DNA from: Octopus sinensis
Taxonomy: Eukaryota
DNA: 64,000 nucleotides
NCBI RefSeq assembly: GCF_006345805.1
Contig: NC_043010.1
Location: forward strand, 28,768,001-28,832,000
Direction: 5' to 3'
Part shown: piece by piece, positions 10,386-22,360 of the stretch
Layout: each line of letters opens with the position of its first letter
How positions within the stretch are numbered: the stretch's first letter is position 1
Notes under the pieces: generated by a model
What the model was told of the DNA's origin: nothing
The model's database searches: none
Seen by the model: only the letters and a program-made list of their open reading frames with translations
Program-made: the position numbers and the translations under genes

Positions 10386-11137
10386 TTGACCTATTTGTTT
10401 CTTTTTTTTTTAAAGTTTTGTTGTCTTTGATTGTTTAGTGATATCAGATAGGAGAGCACCTATGATCCTTTTCTAGGGTCTCCATTACTGGTGAGATGGA
10501 AGAATGGGTACTCTTATCCTCAGTCTAGAAACCTGGTTTGAAACCTTGTGACAGAATGGACTCCTCCATCAAAGACAGTCATAGTCAAGGAGATAGTGTT
10601 AAACAGATGGACTAAGTTTGCCAAAAAGAGGAACAGAAACAGTGTTATTGGCAGGCATAAACAACAACTACTGTTGGTTTGAATAGGAAGTGTATTATTT
10701 CTGCTTGATAAAACAGCATACATCTAGTTATATATTCAGACCAATGAGTCACAAATATCTGTCCTATCACCCCAAATTAGTAGGGCTTATATGACAGATA
10801 TTTCATCCTCCCTAGATCCTGGACTAAATGCTAACAACTGTAATCTTCTGGAACTATCTCTCTTCAGACACTGATCTACGCAGGTTGACTGGGGGAAAAG
10901 AGCACACACATAGACATACATACATACACTCAGAGTTCATGAATACATGTGCACACACACACATTTACGATGTACTTTTTTCAGTTTCTGACTACCAAAA
11001 CCACTCACAGGCTTTGGTCAGCCTGACATTATAGCAAAAGACACTTGCCCAAGGTGCCACGCTGTGAGACTGAACCTAGAATCATGTGGTTGGAAAGCAA
11101 GGTTCTTACCACATAGCCACACCTGTGCCTATATATA

Positions 11138-11341
11138 CAGGGTGTCCCAGAAGTCACGCACCATTCTGGTTTTCATTTAAAATAATTAAAGCATTTTATT
11201 ATATATTTTCTGCATGTTTTATTGTAGAGGGTGTTCAATTTGAGGATTTGTTACGATTAATTTCAATAAAGTGTTTTTGAAATCAATAAGGGTGTATTCT
11301 TTTAAAAAACCACAGTGGTGCACAACTTCTGGGACACTCAG
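11138..11341. mobile_element. Tc1/mariner-type MITE
   Basis: Inverted ends CAGGGTGTCCCAGAAGT / ACTTCTGGGACACTCAG with TA on both sides. Confidence 0.8.
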
Positions 11342-11414
11342 TATATAATTGAGTCAGATGAAGAAGGACAATATCCAAACCCTTGCAGTCTCTCTCTTCT
11401 CTCCTTCCTGACAG

Positions 11415-11505
11415 GTGGTACTGATAAAGCTGCAACCTTGCACGAACATCTACAAGTTAAACATGGTTGATATGGAAACTTTACTGAGGGACATCAAACT
11501 ACCAG
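11415..11505 (+). other. Candidate orphan 91-nt exon
   Basis: Polypyrimidine tract TCTCTCTTCTCTCCTTCCTGACAG| and CAG|GTAGAG donor; one frame open (VVLIKLQPCTNIYKLNMVDMETLLRDIKLP) containing AAACATGG; no partner exons identified. Confidence 0.3.
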
Positions 11506-11514
11506 GTAGAGGTA

Positions 11515-11741
11515 TTAACCTTTTCATTGTCCTATTTCTGTTGAAATATACTCCCTTTGTTTCAATTAATTTAAAAAATTAAGAATTTAGTTAAGTAATT
11601 TTGTCATTATTAAGCTGGTTCTTGGAACTTAAATTAGCTTGAAATTTTGATGGAAGATTTTAATTTAGAACACTTTAAAACAAAATATTTGTATCCTAGA
11701 ACCAGGGATGCTCTCAGGTATGTTGGTAACAAAAGGGTTAA
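11515..11741. mobile_element. piggyBac-like MITE family 2
   Basis: TTAACCTTTT...AAAAGGGTTAA termini with TTAA at both ends. Confidence 0.65.
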
Positions 11742-12190
11742 ACCAGGTTGTGTGATGTCATATAAGTTACCATCCCACCTATGGTGGTATGTTAGACATA
11801 CTTATAAATGGGATAGTCTACTTGTTGGAGGAGTACTTTTTATAAATGGAAGCATTTCCCATGAATAACTTACTCAAGTGTGAAATAGGGTTGAGAAAAC
11901 AAGTAACAATCAAGAACAGAAATCAATGAAATAAACTTTGGACATTGCCTTGGACCAATCTAAAAAATCCCTCTAAACATTTTCACTAAGTGTCTTTTGG
12001 CTAAATTTAAGGTAGAAGAAAGCTCTTACCAAGTGAAATACAAAATTCAGTTTCCATTGTTGTGGTTACAAATGACAGGAATTGAACATTTGTACTTTTG
12101 GTCAATTATCCAAACATTGAGTAGATGCTTTTGGACTCAGAACATAAAGTGTCAAACACAAATTCCTTATATATAAAAAAATTTTATAGA

Positions 12191-13404
12191 CACAGACATG
12201 CAGGAAGTAAATAGACACCTTTAATTTTCAAAATCTTTTATTTAATACGCAAAGCGAACAATTGAAATGTAATCGATAGGTAGGACTACATACTTTAGTA
12301 TTTAGTTGACATTCCCTTTGCAGGTTTTAATTTAGAAACTCTTTTTGGCATAGAACTGATGAGCTTTGTGATTGTCTCTTGTGGAATTTCTGCCCACTTT
12401 TCACACAACAATCGAAACAATTCATCTTTAGATTCAGATTTCTGTCAAGTTTTTTGTATAGCTCTATCAAGTATGCTCCAAAGATTTTCAATTGGGTTCA
12501 TGTCAGGAGATTGGCTCAGCCAAAGAAGCTTTTTCATCCCATTTTCAGTCAGCCATTGTTGATTCCTTTTCGCTGTGTGGCATGGAGCCCCATCTTCCAT
12601 AAATATCATGTGAATACATCAGGAAGTAGTCCTTGCTTAAGTATTTCAATGTATTTTTCAGAGTTTATAGTTCCAATACATTCAATCAGCTCAGAATGAC
12701 CATTGCTGGTGACAACTCCCCATACCATTACAGAGATAGTGCCATGTTTCACAAGCGGTTGGAGTTGTTTCAAATCAAATTCTTGATTGGGAAGCCTCCA
12801 GAAACAAACACGTCCAGTGTCTGAAAATAATGCAAATCTGGATTCATCTGAGAAAATCACTCTATCCTAAAATGAACTAGATTTTTCTGACATCTCCTTT
12901 CTTTTCATGATATTAATTGGTTGAAGGACAGGTTTTCTCCTGCATACCCAAGCTTATGCAGATATGTAACACATGTTCTTGGACTAACTTCTAGCTGTTT
13001 TGCAATGTCAGAAGCCTTCAAATAGGGTTCGTTTTCCACAATTCTCTTCAAACAGTGAAGCTTCCTCTCCAAGGGCCCAGGTTGGCCAGGACAAGAATCT
13101 GTTGATTCTTTTCCTTGGCTTTTGAATTGCACTATAATTCTATTAACTGTAGCAAGAAGAATTTGAAGATTTTTTGCAATTTTTTGCCTCAGATTGCCCA
13201 ACAATACGACTTCTTTGAAAATCTGACAGTTCTGCTGAATTTTTTGTGTGTGGCATGATTACTCTTCATAAATGTTTAATATAATGGCACCTGGAATGAA
13301 AAAGAATAATTACATTGTAAATACTACACCGCTGAAAACATATTAAAACGCTTAGATCAGAAATTTTGAAAATTAAAGGTGTCTATTTACTTCCTGCATG
13401 TGTG
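12191..13404 (-). mobile_element. Tc1 (DD34E-type) transposon, degenerate transposase
   Basis: 37-bp perfect inverted repeat CATGCAGGAAGTAAATAGACACCTTTAATTTTCAAAA (12197-12233 / 13364-13400); minus-strand fragments with HTH, IFSDESRF, VMVWG, FMEDGAPC, SPDMNPIENLW. Confidence 0.92.
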
Positions 13405-13589
13405 TATATATATACATATATATACACATATATAGGTTGTGTTTTCCAAAATGGAGGCAAACACCTTTCTCCATGTAATAGGCATGAAAAATTGTTAAGA
13501 CATTAGGATATTTTCCTGTTTTTCTTAATATGAAACCAAAGGTAGCCTTAATTCACAAATAAAAAAATTATATCCATCAATGCAGTGTT

Positions 13590-13775
13590 GAGCACTCATT
13601 TTGATCATTCAATATTTCCGTTCATACATAATATGTATAGCTTAGGAACGAGAACCCAGGTTTGAAATTTCCTCAAAGACACCTGGTGAAGGCTGGAGGG
13701 TATATCAGCTGAAACGTTGTGTTAACAACAAACAAGATGAGGACAAATATCCGTCAATTGTAATTAATTTAGATA
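13590..13775 (+). mobile_element. Short Penelope-LTR/retrozyme-like repeat containing a minimal hammerhead
   Basis: Contains GACAC CTGGTGA A GGCTG-GAGGGTATAT-CAGCT GAAA CGTT GTGTT (13678-13723). Confidence 0.5.
13678..13723 (+). ncRNA. Minimal type I hammerhead motif with A6>G core mutation
   Basis: Stem I GACAC/GUGUU, core CUGGUGA (canonical CUGANGA), stem II GGCUG/CAGCU, GAAA, palindromic AACGUU stem III that needs a dimer. Confidence 0.55.
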
Positions 13776-14339
13776 TACATACATATATCTATGTTTATTT
13801 ATATTGATAACCGCAAAATTTTGTCTGTCTGTCTGGGACCTCTGTATCTTAGTCTACATTTGCTCAACATAGACATATACCTTTTTTGGAATCAGGATAA
13901 TCCTGGGATTGGAAATCTGTCCTTCATTTGGTTCTTGGACATCCAGCATGAGGATCTGATTTAAAAGCATTTGGGTTGCTATTTCTAGCAGGTAAAACGA
14001 CCACGAGAGGTTTCGGGGTCATAGTATTACTGAGATAGGTGAACAAGAGTTCCTTCCCTTAGATTAAAGTTTTACTATAGAATTGAAAGATTCTTTTATC
14101 TTTCTTAGTCATCAGACTGCAACCATGCTGGGGCACCGCCTTGAAGAATTTTAATCAAACAAATCAACACCAATTCTTTCTTCTTTTTATGCCCGGTACT
14201 TTTTTTATGGCCTCTTTTACCAAATCACTAAGTTATGTGAATATAAACATGCCAACACCTGTAATCAAGTGATAGTGAGGGACAAATAGAGACACAAAGC
14301 CATAATATATATATAAATAACAAATAAATGCACCCTTTT

Positions 14340-14576
14340 GAAGCCTAGCTAGGCTCATGTGTCCAGTTTCCTGGTTTCAATGGCGTATGTGTTCCCCAGC
14401 TGGACGGGACGCCAGTCCGTCGCAGTTTTACTCATTTTTGCCAGCTGAGTGGACTGGAGCAATGTGAAATGAAGTGTTTTGCTCAAGAACACAACGTGTC
14501 GCCCGCTCCAGGAATCGAAACCACAATCTTACGATCATGATGCTGATATGCTAACCACTAAGCAACGTGCCTCCAC
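14340..14576 (-). mobile_element. V-SINE-like tRNA-derived SINE (family C)
   Basis: Minus strand: TGCTTAGTGG A-box, GGTTTCGATTCC B-box, CTGCGACGGACTGGCGTCCCGTCCAG domain; related copy at ~30385-30620 (+). Confidence 0.7.
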
Positions 14577-14829
14577 ACACAAACACACACACATATATAT
14601 GTATATATATACGTACAAAATATGGGGGTTTAGTTCACAGGTGATCTAAGCGACTAGGTATGCTGGGTAAGTGCTGTAATGGATTACCAGGGCTCTAAGG
14701 TCATAGCTGAGATGGGAATTATGGAACCATTGTAGATTTCCAATATAGCAGACACATAATTGTTAAAGAGTACAACAAACATTAAGGCAAGACAAACATC
14801 TCAAGTCATATACGTCATTATTAATGACA

Positions 14830-15400
14830 AGACAGCAAACTTCCTAGATGTTACATTAGATTTAAACTCTTCACTCCACTTCCCATATCATAAACCCAAT
14901 CAATTCCTTAAGTACACCAACACAGAATCTAGCCACCATAAATCTATCTGCCACTGAGGAAGTCTTCAATAACTACACCACTAACTACAACCAAGCTCTA
15001 GCTACTAGTGATTTTTCCCTGGAGATTAGATTTATAACCAACATTAATCTTAAAGAACACCTCTCTAAACTTAACCCTAGACAAGCACTCCCACATACTG
15101 GATATCCAAACCCTCCAACTATGGTTAGATAATCTCACCTGCGTAGCACTCACATGTATAACACCTCCCCAAATCTGCCTGATAAAAGTGACAGGAGATC
15201 TATTCTCTAGTATACACCTCCATTTGCTCCATTTAGCAAGGGCTTTGCTAAAGCATTCTTTAAAATAGTAGACTCTAATTTCCCACGCAACCACAAATAT
15301 CATTTTATCTTTAACAGATCCACTTTAAAATTATCCTATTCCTCTACACCAAATATAGAATCTATTGTCACCTCATCTATCAAACGTAAACTTAGCTCTT
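14830..15400 (+). mobile_element. Penelope-like retroelement remnant (RT C-terminus/linker)
   Basis: ANFLDVTLDL..PYHKPNQ..Y.N.ES.H and YTPPF...F.KIVDSNFPRNHKYHFIFNRSTLKLSYSSTPN resemble PLE motifs; stops and frameshifts present. Confidence 0.75.
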
Positions 15401-15544
15401 ACTATCTAAATGCATACAACCCTACCATAGACCTGCACAACGAAAACACTAACACCACCCGCAATATCATGTCCAACACCCCTGGTCCTAACACTTTAAA
15501 TAACTTAAATATGCATAATATAATTCCTCAGAGGGTAATAGGTG

Positions 15545-15775
15545 CACAGTTGAAACCAATGCTAGTACTAATAGGAATACTTATACTAACAGTACTAACT
15601 ATATCATAACCACTACAACTACTAATAGTACTAACAATAATACTAATACTACCACCAATGGCAATATTACTATTATTCAAAATAATACTATTATTAACAC
15701 TTTTACCACAAATGCTACTACTAATAGTTGCAATAATAATATCATCACCATCACCGCTGCCGCCACCACCACCAC
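15545..15775. repeat. Low-complexity ACT/AAT/CAC trinucleotide tract
   Basis: Direct inspection. Confidence 0.85.
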
Positions 15776-16221
15776 CAAGAATTCCACTGGTTCCAGTAGA
15801 CATGCCCTTTGAATTCATGAGACTTCAATTTCCAGTAAGAGTTAGTTTTGCAATGTCAATTAACAAGAGTCAAGGACAATCACTGAAAATTGTTGGACTT
15901 TACTTCATGCAGCACTGCTTATCTCATGGTCAGCTCTATGCTGGTTGTTCCAGAGTGGGAAATGGCAACGATCTCTTCACACTCTCACTAAATAGTAAAA
16001 CTAAGAATATTGTTTATCTTACTGCTTTGCAGTGATCTCCAAATGTTACAGTAATACAAAATTCTCCAAATGTGATACTCTGTGATATAAATCTGGGATG
16101 GTAGGATACCAATAAATGCTTTATTATTATTATTTCTCTCTTTAGTTTTGGGCCACAAGCCCAATTAGTCCTCCACAAAAGCTAGATTAAAAGGCTGCAC
16201 GGAGTGAAGCTTTTAAGCTAG
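15772..16221 (+). mobile_element. Helitron 3' end with C-terminal PIF1-type helicase fragment
   Basis: PRIPLVPVDMPFEFMRLQFPVRVSFAMSINKSQGQSL...SHGQLYAGCSRV...TKNIVY (stop at 16035); imperfect hairpin ~16192-16212 then CTAG (16218-16221) followed by T. Confidence 0.9.
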
Positions 16222-16609
16222 TAATTAACAAAAACCACACAAAGACCATATGAAATTCAGCTTGGTCAGAACATTAAATCTATTTTGCCATTTCTCCAGC
16301 TTGTAATGTCATGATGCTCTGGCATTATCAGCTTGAGAAATAGTGATATAAATTTAATATTTTGTCCATGAAACACTGGGTAGCTGGATTTCACATGGTT
16401 TTTGAGTGGTTTTTAATATCTTTACTTTCTGATCACATGAATGCTATCAGGTTTTAATTCAGAACTGACAGCTAAAACTCAAAAATATAAAATATTATAT
16501 ATTTATGTCATATATTCATGTCCAAGACTGTCACTGGTGCTTGATGCAGCTCTGCAGCTTGCTGGATCCTGTCAAACTGTTCAACCCATGCCATCATGGA
16601 AAACATGTA

Positions 16610-17087
16610 CCATAAATCCTCGAGTATAGTCCACCCTTGAGTATAATATGCAGGGGATTTTTAGGAGGCTGTACCTCTGAAAAACCTAAACCTTGTGTAT
16701 AATACGCACCCCTTCTCTAACTTGAGTGAAGGAGATCTATATAAAGTCCTTGGTTTGTAAAAATGTATACGGTAACATCCTTTATTATTATTGTATATAT
16801 AACAATGCAAACGTGTAGCCTTTTTGTGCATTTTGTTTGCAGGAAATAAAGAAATAACAGTGATAACATTTAATAGATATTGCTAACTGCAAGTTATGGA
16901 TGATTTAAGGTATTTTCGTGCCTGACATCACAAAATGCATCTGAATAAACATTGCTGGACAGCAAATAAAGACTCGGACATTACTTAGAAAATAATTTTC
17001 ATTTTTAACCTCATATATAGTACGTACTAGGGATTTTGACCTTTAAATTTTGGGAAAAAAGTGTGGATTATACTTGAGGATTTACGG
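16610..17087. mobile_element. Tc1/pogo-type MITE
   Basis: ~28-bp TIRs CCATAAATCCTCGAGTATAGTCCAC / GTGGATTATACTTGAGGATTTACGG with TA at 16608-16609 and 17088-17089. Confidence 0.8.
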
Positions 17088-18989
17088 TACACATTGTTGA
17101 TGATGACGGCAATAGTGATGATGATGATAACGATGATGATGACGACAATGATGATGATAAGGTTATATTCCAAAGAATCGAAACAACTTCCCAACTTACC
17201 ATCCTTTCATTGGTGTTTATTCTGTCAGACCTGCAGGGGGTGCAAGACAAATTTATTCTTTGTGAAATTTGAACTAAGAAATTTTGAGAGATGAAATGAA
17301 ATACTACCAAATAATTTAGTCTGCCATTTCACCATCCTTTTTTTATTACTTCAGCAACAGTTAGACAGAGGATGGTGATGATGGTGGTGGTGGTGATTGT
17401 AAATTCTGTGTGCGGTGGTAGTGGGTGTTGTGGTAGTGGAGTGTTGTTGGGGTTGACAGAAATAACAGTCAAACTTTAGATTTAATGTCTGGCAGTATTT
17501 AGTTACATAATTTTATGGATTTGAAATCAAATCTTTCATGGGTGGTTTTATTATGTCTCTCATTGCTCTGCAGTTGAAAGTAAAATGGAAGCCAGTTGTT
17601 GCTGTTTTGGTGGTGACGGTAGTGGCGTTTACCTCCACCCCACCCCCACTCTCCCTATTCTCAGTCAACTCTGATTGAGCAGATCCATGATTAAATGTTT
17701 TCTAGTCATGACTATTCTACCCTTCTCTCAGTAGAATTTAAACTGCAAAAAAGCTTGGCTGCTATTTTTAGCAGACTGAGTGACCACTTAGATGCTCCCT
17801 CATTTGCTTAGCAGCAACTAAGGAATTCTTTGCCCATGAATGCCAGCATGTAATATGCTGAGCTTGATTCAATAAACTATAACAACATACTCTGCCCTCT
17901 ACAATGTTAGAAATGACAAATAAGTAATTACATTTTTAATTAACTAATTTTTTCCAGATTATTTTTAAAAAATATTTTTGCTAATTAAAAATGCAATTAA
18001 TTATTTGTCCTTTGCGTGTCCTATAAAAGTCTTTATTTTCTTTAATTAGTATAACTATTATTGATTTCTAACACTGGCACACATTTTCGCTAATTTTTAC
18101 AAAATAATTATGTTGCATTGGTAATGAAAGCATTTGTTCCTGCTCCGACCTCACTCCTCTATTTTTTTTTTCCTCTTTTCCATCTTAAATGTTTGGCATG
18201 CAGTTCAAATTGAGTTTTAATTAAATGAGCAGTTGTCCTTCAAGTATAGAAATCCTCTACTTCTAGTTAATCTGAACTACATTGCAATTAGCTTATGAGG
18301 ATAACTTTTTTCTTTTTAATGAAATAACATGAAGGTTGATATTTTTTTTAATGAATTGACATGTAGCTTAGTATTTTTAAACAAAAGGAAATTTTGGTGT
18401 TTATGTTTTTATCGATGTCATTAAATGCAAGGCAAACTTTATATTTTGTCTTAACAAAAATGTCCTAAATTCAAACTTGCAGAATTGGTAGATTGTGAAG
18501 CTAAATACTTTGCAGTATTTCATTATGTCACTTTATAATGTGAATTCAAATCTCACTAGAGTTGACTTTTTCTTTTATCTCCTCAGGTAGTAACATAGGT
18601 GGAGTGTGTGCTGCCTGGGGCAGCCCTTGAGTTTGCTATCCCATGCTTTCCTGCCCCTTATATAGCATGCCCGAAAGTACTGCTCAGGCTAGGCCACCCC
18701 TGTTGCCTCACCTTCCCTCAGCTACACTATAGTCTTTAGGGGTGGTAAAATAAGTTTTGGGCATCATTTACTGGAACCAGCTAGAACAACTATACTCTCC
18801 ATGCAAAATTGTGATCTTACAAGAATAGTGTCAGATAAAATGCTTAAGATCAATGCTTGCTGAGGTTAACTATGCATTTCATTCTTCTAGCTCAATAAAA
18901 TAACTAACTAGTCAAATACTGGGGTTGATATAATTGACTACCAAAGTTTCTGCTGTGTGAGGAATTATTATTATTGTCTTGTGTGAGAT

Positions 18990-19495
18990 GAACCCAGCTG
19001 TCCACAGTGTTTGGTGAAGATTTGACATACCATCTTCCTTTAGTAGCGAAGGAAAGCAGATCTTTCACTGTTTAGTGGCTATGGCAAAAGAGGCTGTGTG
19101 GTGGACTCATCAGAAAGGTTTGAAGACAGGCACTTCGCTATCTGACCAAGTTCTCACCAGTTTCTTCAAATATATTTTGAAGTGAGAGTGGAAAGACTTG
19201 TGAGGCTGAATAGATCTACTCTGAGTATGTTTTTCTAAGTAGGAGGAAAGTAACTAGAAGATGGCACTTCCCATGCCTTGGGAATGGTAGAATAATCTAG
19301 GAATTACCCTAAGTGGACTGTCCCACTATTGGGGATTCTACTAATTAAATAGTTATTTCTATAAATTCTATTTATATATCCTTTAATGCTGTGTCTCACT
19401 TTGACTGATGTAAACTCCACCTGTTTTGTGTGTTAAATCTCATCTTTTGATATTGTTTCCATGTCTTGGGCCCTTGTAGCCAATAAAAGAAATCA
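18990..19495 (+). mobile_element. 3' remnant of an L1/Tx1-like LINE
   Basis: CLVAMAKEAVWWTHQKGLKTG...FFKY resembles L1/Tx1 ORF2 C-termini; the 3' UTR ends in GGCCCTTGTAGCCAATAAAAGAAAT. Confidence 0.55.
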
Positions 19496-20071
19496 TTATC
19501 CAATGCCACGACCTTAGAAAAATGTGCTATATCCAGTATTCAAAGCATGCTGATGAGAATTCAGTACGGAGGGGTAGGACATGTCCAAATGAAAAAATGA
19601 CTGCATTCCGAAAATTCTTCTGTATGGCCAACAAATAGCGGGATATCTGACCTCTTGACTTCTCGTTAGGGAGAAAGATAAGTTGAAGCAATCACTAAAA
19701 TCTGTACAGCTTAACTTGACATCTTGGGGGAAGTCATTGTCTAGATCGATCTGCATGGAGTAAAATGTATCACGATACATCCAAACAATTTGAGTAGAAG
19801 AAAAAGAACAATAGAATTGTATTCTGCAATCAACAGACACACTAGCCCAATCCCAAGCAAAATCAAAATCATCAATGTCCCCACTGTGACTTCATAGCAA
19901 AATCATTACCTGGACTGAAATTACATTCATGCATCCATTGCAAATAGAGGTAGTTTCTTAATTTTTTGTTTTTTTGCTTTCTTTCTATTTTCCTTTTTAA
20001 GTCCTCTCTTCTAACACTATATGTCAAAACCAATGGGAGTGACCATCATCATCATCATCATCATCATCATT

Positions 20072-20455
20072 AAGGCAGTAAGCTGGCAGCATCCTTAGCA
20101 TGCTGGACAAAATGCTTAGTGGTATTTCACCCATCGCTACATTCTGAGTTCAAATTCTGCTGAGGTTGAATTTACCTTTTGGGGTTGATGAAATAAGTAT
20201 TGGGGTCAGTGTAATCAACTTAATCCCTTCTCCCAAATCCGAGGCCTTGTGCTTCCAGTAGAAAGGATTGTTGTTGTTGTTGTTAGTAGTAGTAGTAGTA
20301 GTATAGTAGTAGTAGTAGTAGCAGCAGCAGCAGTATTCCACCCATTGCTACATTCTGAATTCAAATTCCACCAAGGTTGACTTTGCCTTTCATCCTTTCG
20401 GGATTGATAAATTAAGTACCAATGAAACACTGGGGTTGATGTAATCAACTCATCT
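20072..20455 (+). mobile_element. Two degenerate MetaSINE copies separated by (GTT)/(GTA)/(GCA) repeats
   Basis: Repeated CTACATTCTGA.TTCAAATTC...CTTT...GATAAA..AAGTA. Confidence 0.75.
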
Positions 20456-21839
20456 GGTAGGATTAATCTACCATCCTGTTTAATACTACCAAGCATTAGG
20501 GCCAGGCCTCCAATTCGAGAATAGTTTACTCCTACCAGTTTTAGAGGCCTTGATTAAACTGAATAATGAAAACTCTCCTTCCTTGATTGGCTACAAAAAT
20601 TAAAGGCTTGCTCGTTTTTCATAGAAGTTATTAGTTTATTTTTGATTAATCATAAATGTACTATATTTTAGGGAGCGAAATTGAAGTTGTAGTATTTTGT
20701 CAGGGACGTTAATATGAATGTTATCAGGGGGTACCAAATTCCTTTCGGGTTCCTTTCCTAAAATCTAAATCTTGGTCTTAAATAAAGGCCAACATTTTCT
20801 AAAACCCCACTAAATTTCCGGACAATATACTCCACATTATAGACCTAGAATGAACGTTATAACTTTTAGAACTCTTACTAAAACGTAGATATTACTACTA
20901 ACATTTGACTATTTCCCTGGCAATACAAAATGAAACCTCTCCGAGCGCAAATTGAAATCATATCTCAGGTTCGCCGTCAGCTAATTTATCTTCCGCTCTA
21001 AAGTACTCGCGACGTTCTAGATACACTGATTTCTAACGCAGACACAAAGCCATACATTTGGGGTACAGAGGGTGGGGGAAATAATCTGTGCAAGCCACCG
21101 CAGTACTTGGCTGCTAATTATTCGAGTCAACAACCAAGCCTTTTTACGTAGTCGCTCGAATTGCTAGAAATAGCCAAATTCTCTCAAATCATACACTCCG
21201 ACCTAAAAAGGAAATATTGGACAACGTGTCATTGATATTCAAAAAGACTGGGTAGGCACGATTGGAAAGCCTTTCATCATAGGTCTAAAAACAAATGTAC
21301 TTTATTTTATCGACCTTGACTAGGTTTGAACTCAGGATGTAAAATGACAATATTTAATTACAAATATTTCGATGCGACGCTTAGTTATTGCTAGCATTCC
21401 ATACTTCCAAATTTGATTAGCAACGTCTGGACAATTATAATAAATCATTATATGATAAATAAATAAAAATGGTAATAGCGGTCGATATTGCCATAAAATG
21501 TTAAGAATAAAAATATTTCAATAAAATTAACAACGACACATTATTAACCTAAGTAAAATTATTCAAAGTAAAAATAATATATGATTAATATATTTATTGT
21601 AAATTATTGTGAAACTATCTGTGATATATTGCAAAATAATAATACGCGAAAGAATTGTAATAGAATTATAAAATGAAGGCGACAAGTAACGGAAATTGGC
21701 GGACATTAATACATTAATTATATTTTTATCTTCACATATTAAGTAAAATGAATTTACAAGCTTATTTTTAAATACACAAATATGTGCTCTAATTCAATCA
21801 TAGATAGATTAGTTAATAAAAAATCATATATATCCTATC

Positions 21840-22330
21840 TTTTTTTATCAAGTGGCAATCTGTCTCCCGCTACCCATCTTTTTCCCTTCCCCTCTTTTTC
21901 TCTCTCATGTATGCAAGCTCTTTCACTTTTCAATATTGATTTATTTTTTCATTTTCGTCCCCTTTCTGTCTGCTTTTATTCCCTATTTCTCTCCCTGTCT
22001 TTCCTCTGTTTCCCGATCGGAAACATTTCACTACATTTATGTTACAAATTCATGTCATCTCTCTCTCTCTCTCTCACTCTCATACACACTCCATCTCGGC
22101 CTCTTTGTTTTTAATTCTCTTTCTCTTACACTTTTGTATGCATACATATACACACACACACACACACACATATATACACACATGTATGTGTGTGTATGTA
22201 CACACACTCATGTAGACATACAAAGAGAGAGAAGGGGAGGGGAGATTTCTCCCCCCCTCGTCATTGTACTTCTGTTTTTCTTTCTCAATTTCTCTTTGCT
22301 AATTCTCATTCTTTCTATCTCCCGCCAATA
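21840..22330 (+). repeat. Pyrimidine-rich (CT) tract with (CA)n
   Basis: Direct inspection. Confidence 0.85.
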
Positions 22331-22360
22331 ATGGCAACACAGTAACGTTCTCTTTTCGTT
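22310..22360 (+). promoter_or_regulatory. Candidate promoter core (CCAAT + YY1-like AATGGC) in a CpG-retaining region
   Basis: CCCGCCAATAATGGCAACACAGTAACG followed by T-rich sequence; unique DNA at ~20.9-23.3 kb visibly keeps CpG. Confidence 0.3.

Noticed and set aside
10470-10690. Possible coding or LINE fragment (EWTPPSK...NRWTKF)
   Set aside because: Motif order does not match LINE C-termini and the frame has stops; unsupported
15658-15775. Signal-peptide-like N-terminus on the Helitron helicase ORF
   Set aside because: The hydrophobic stretch is the translation of an ACT/ATT repeat tract that happens to be in frame
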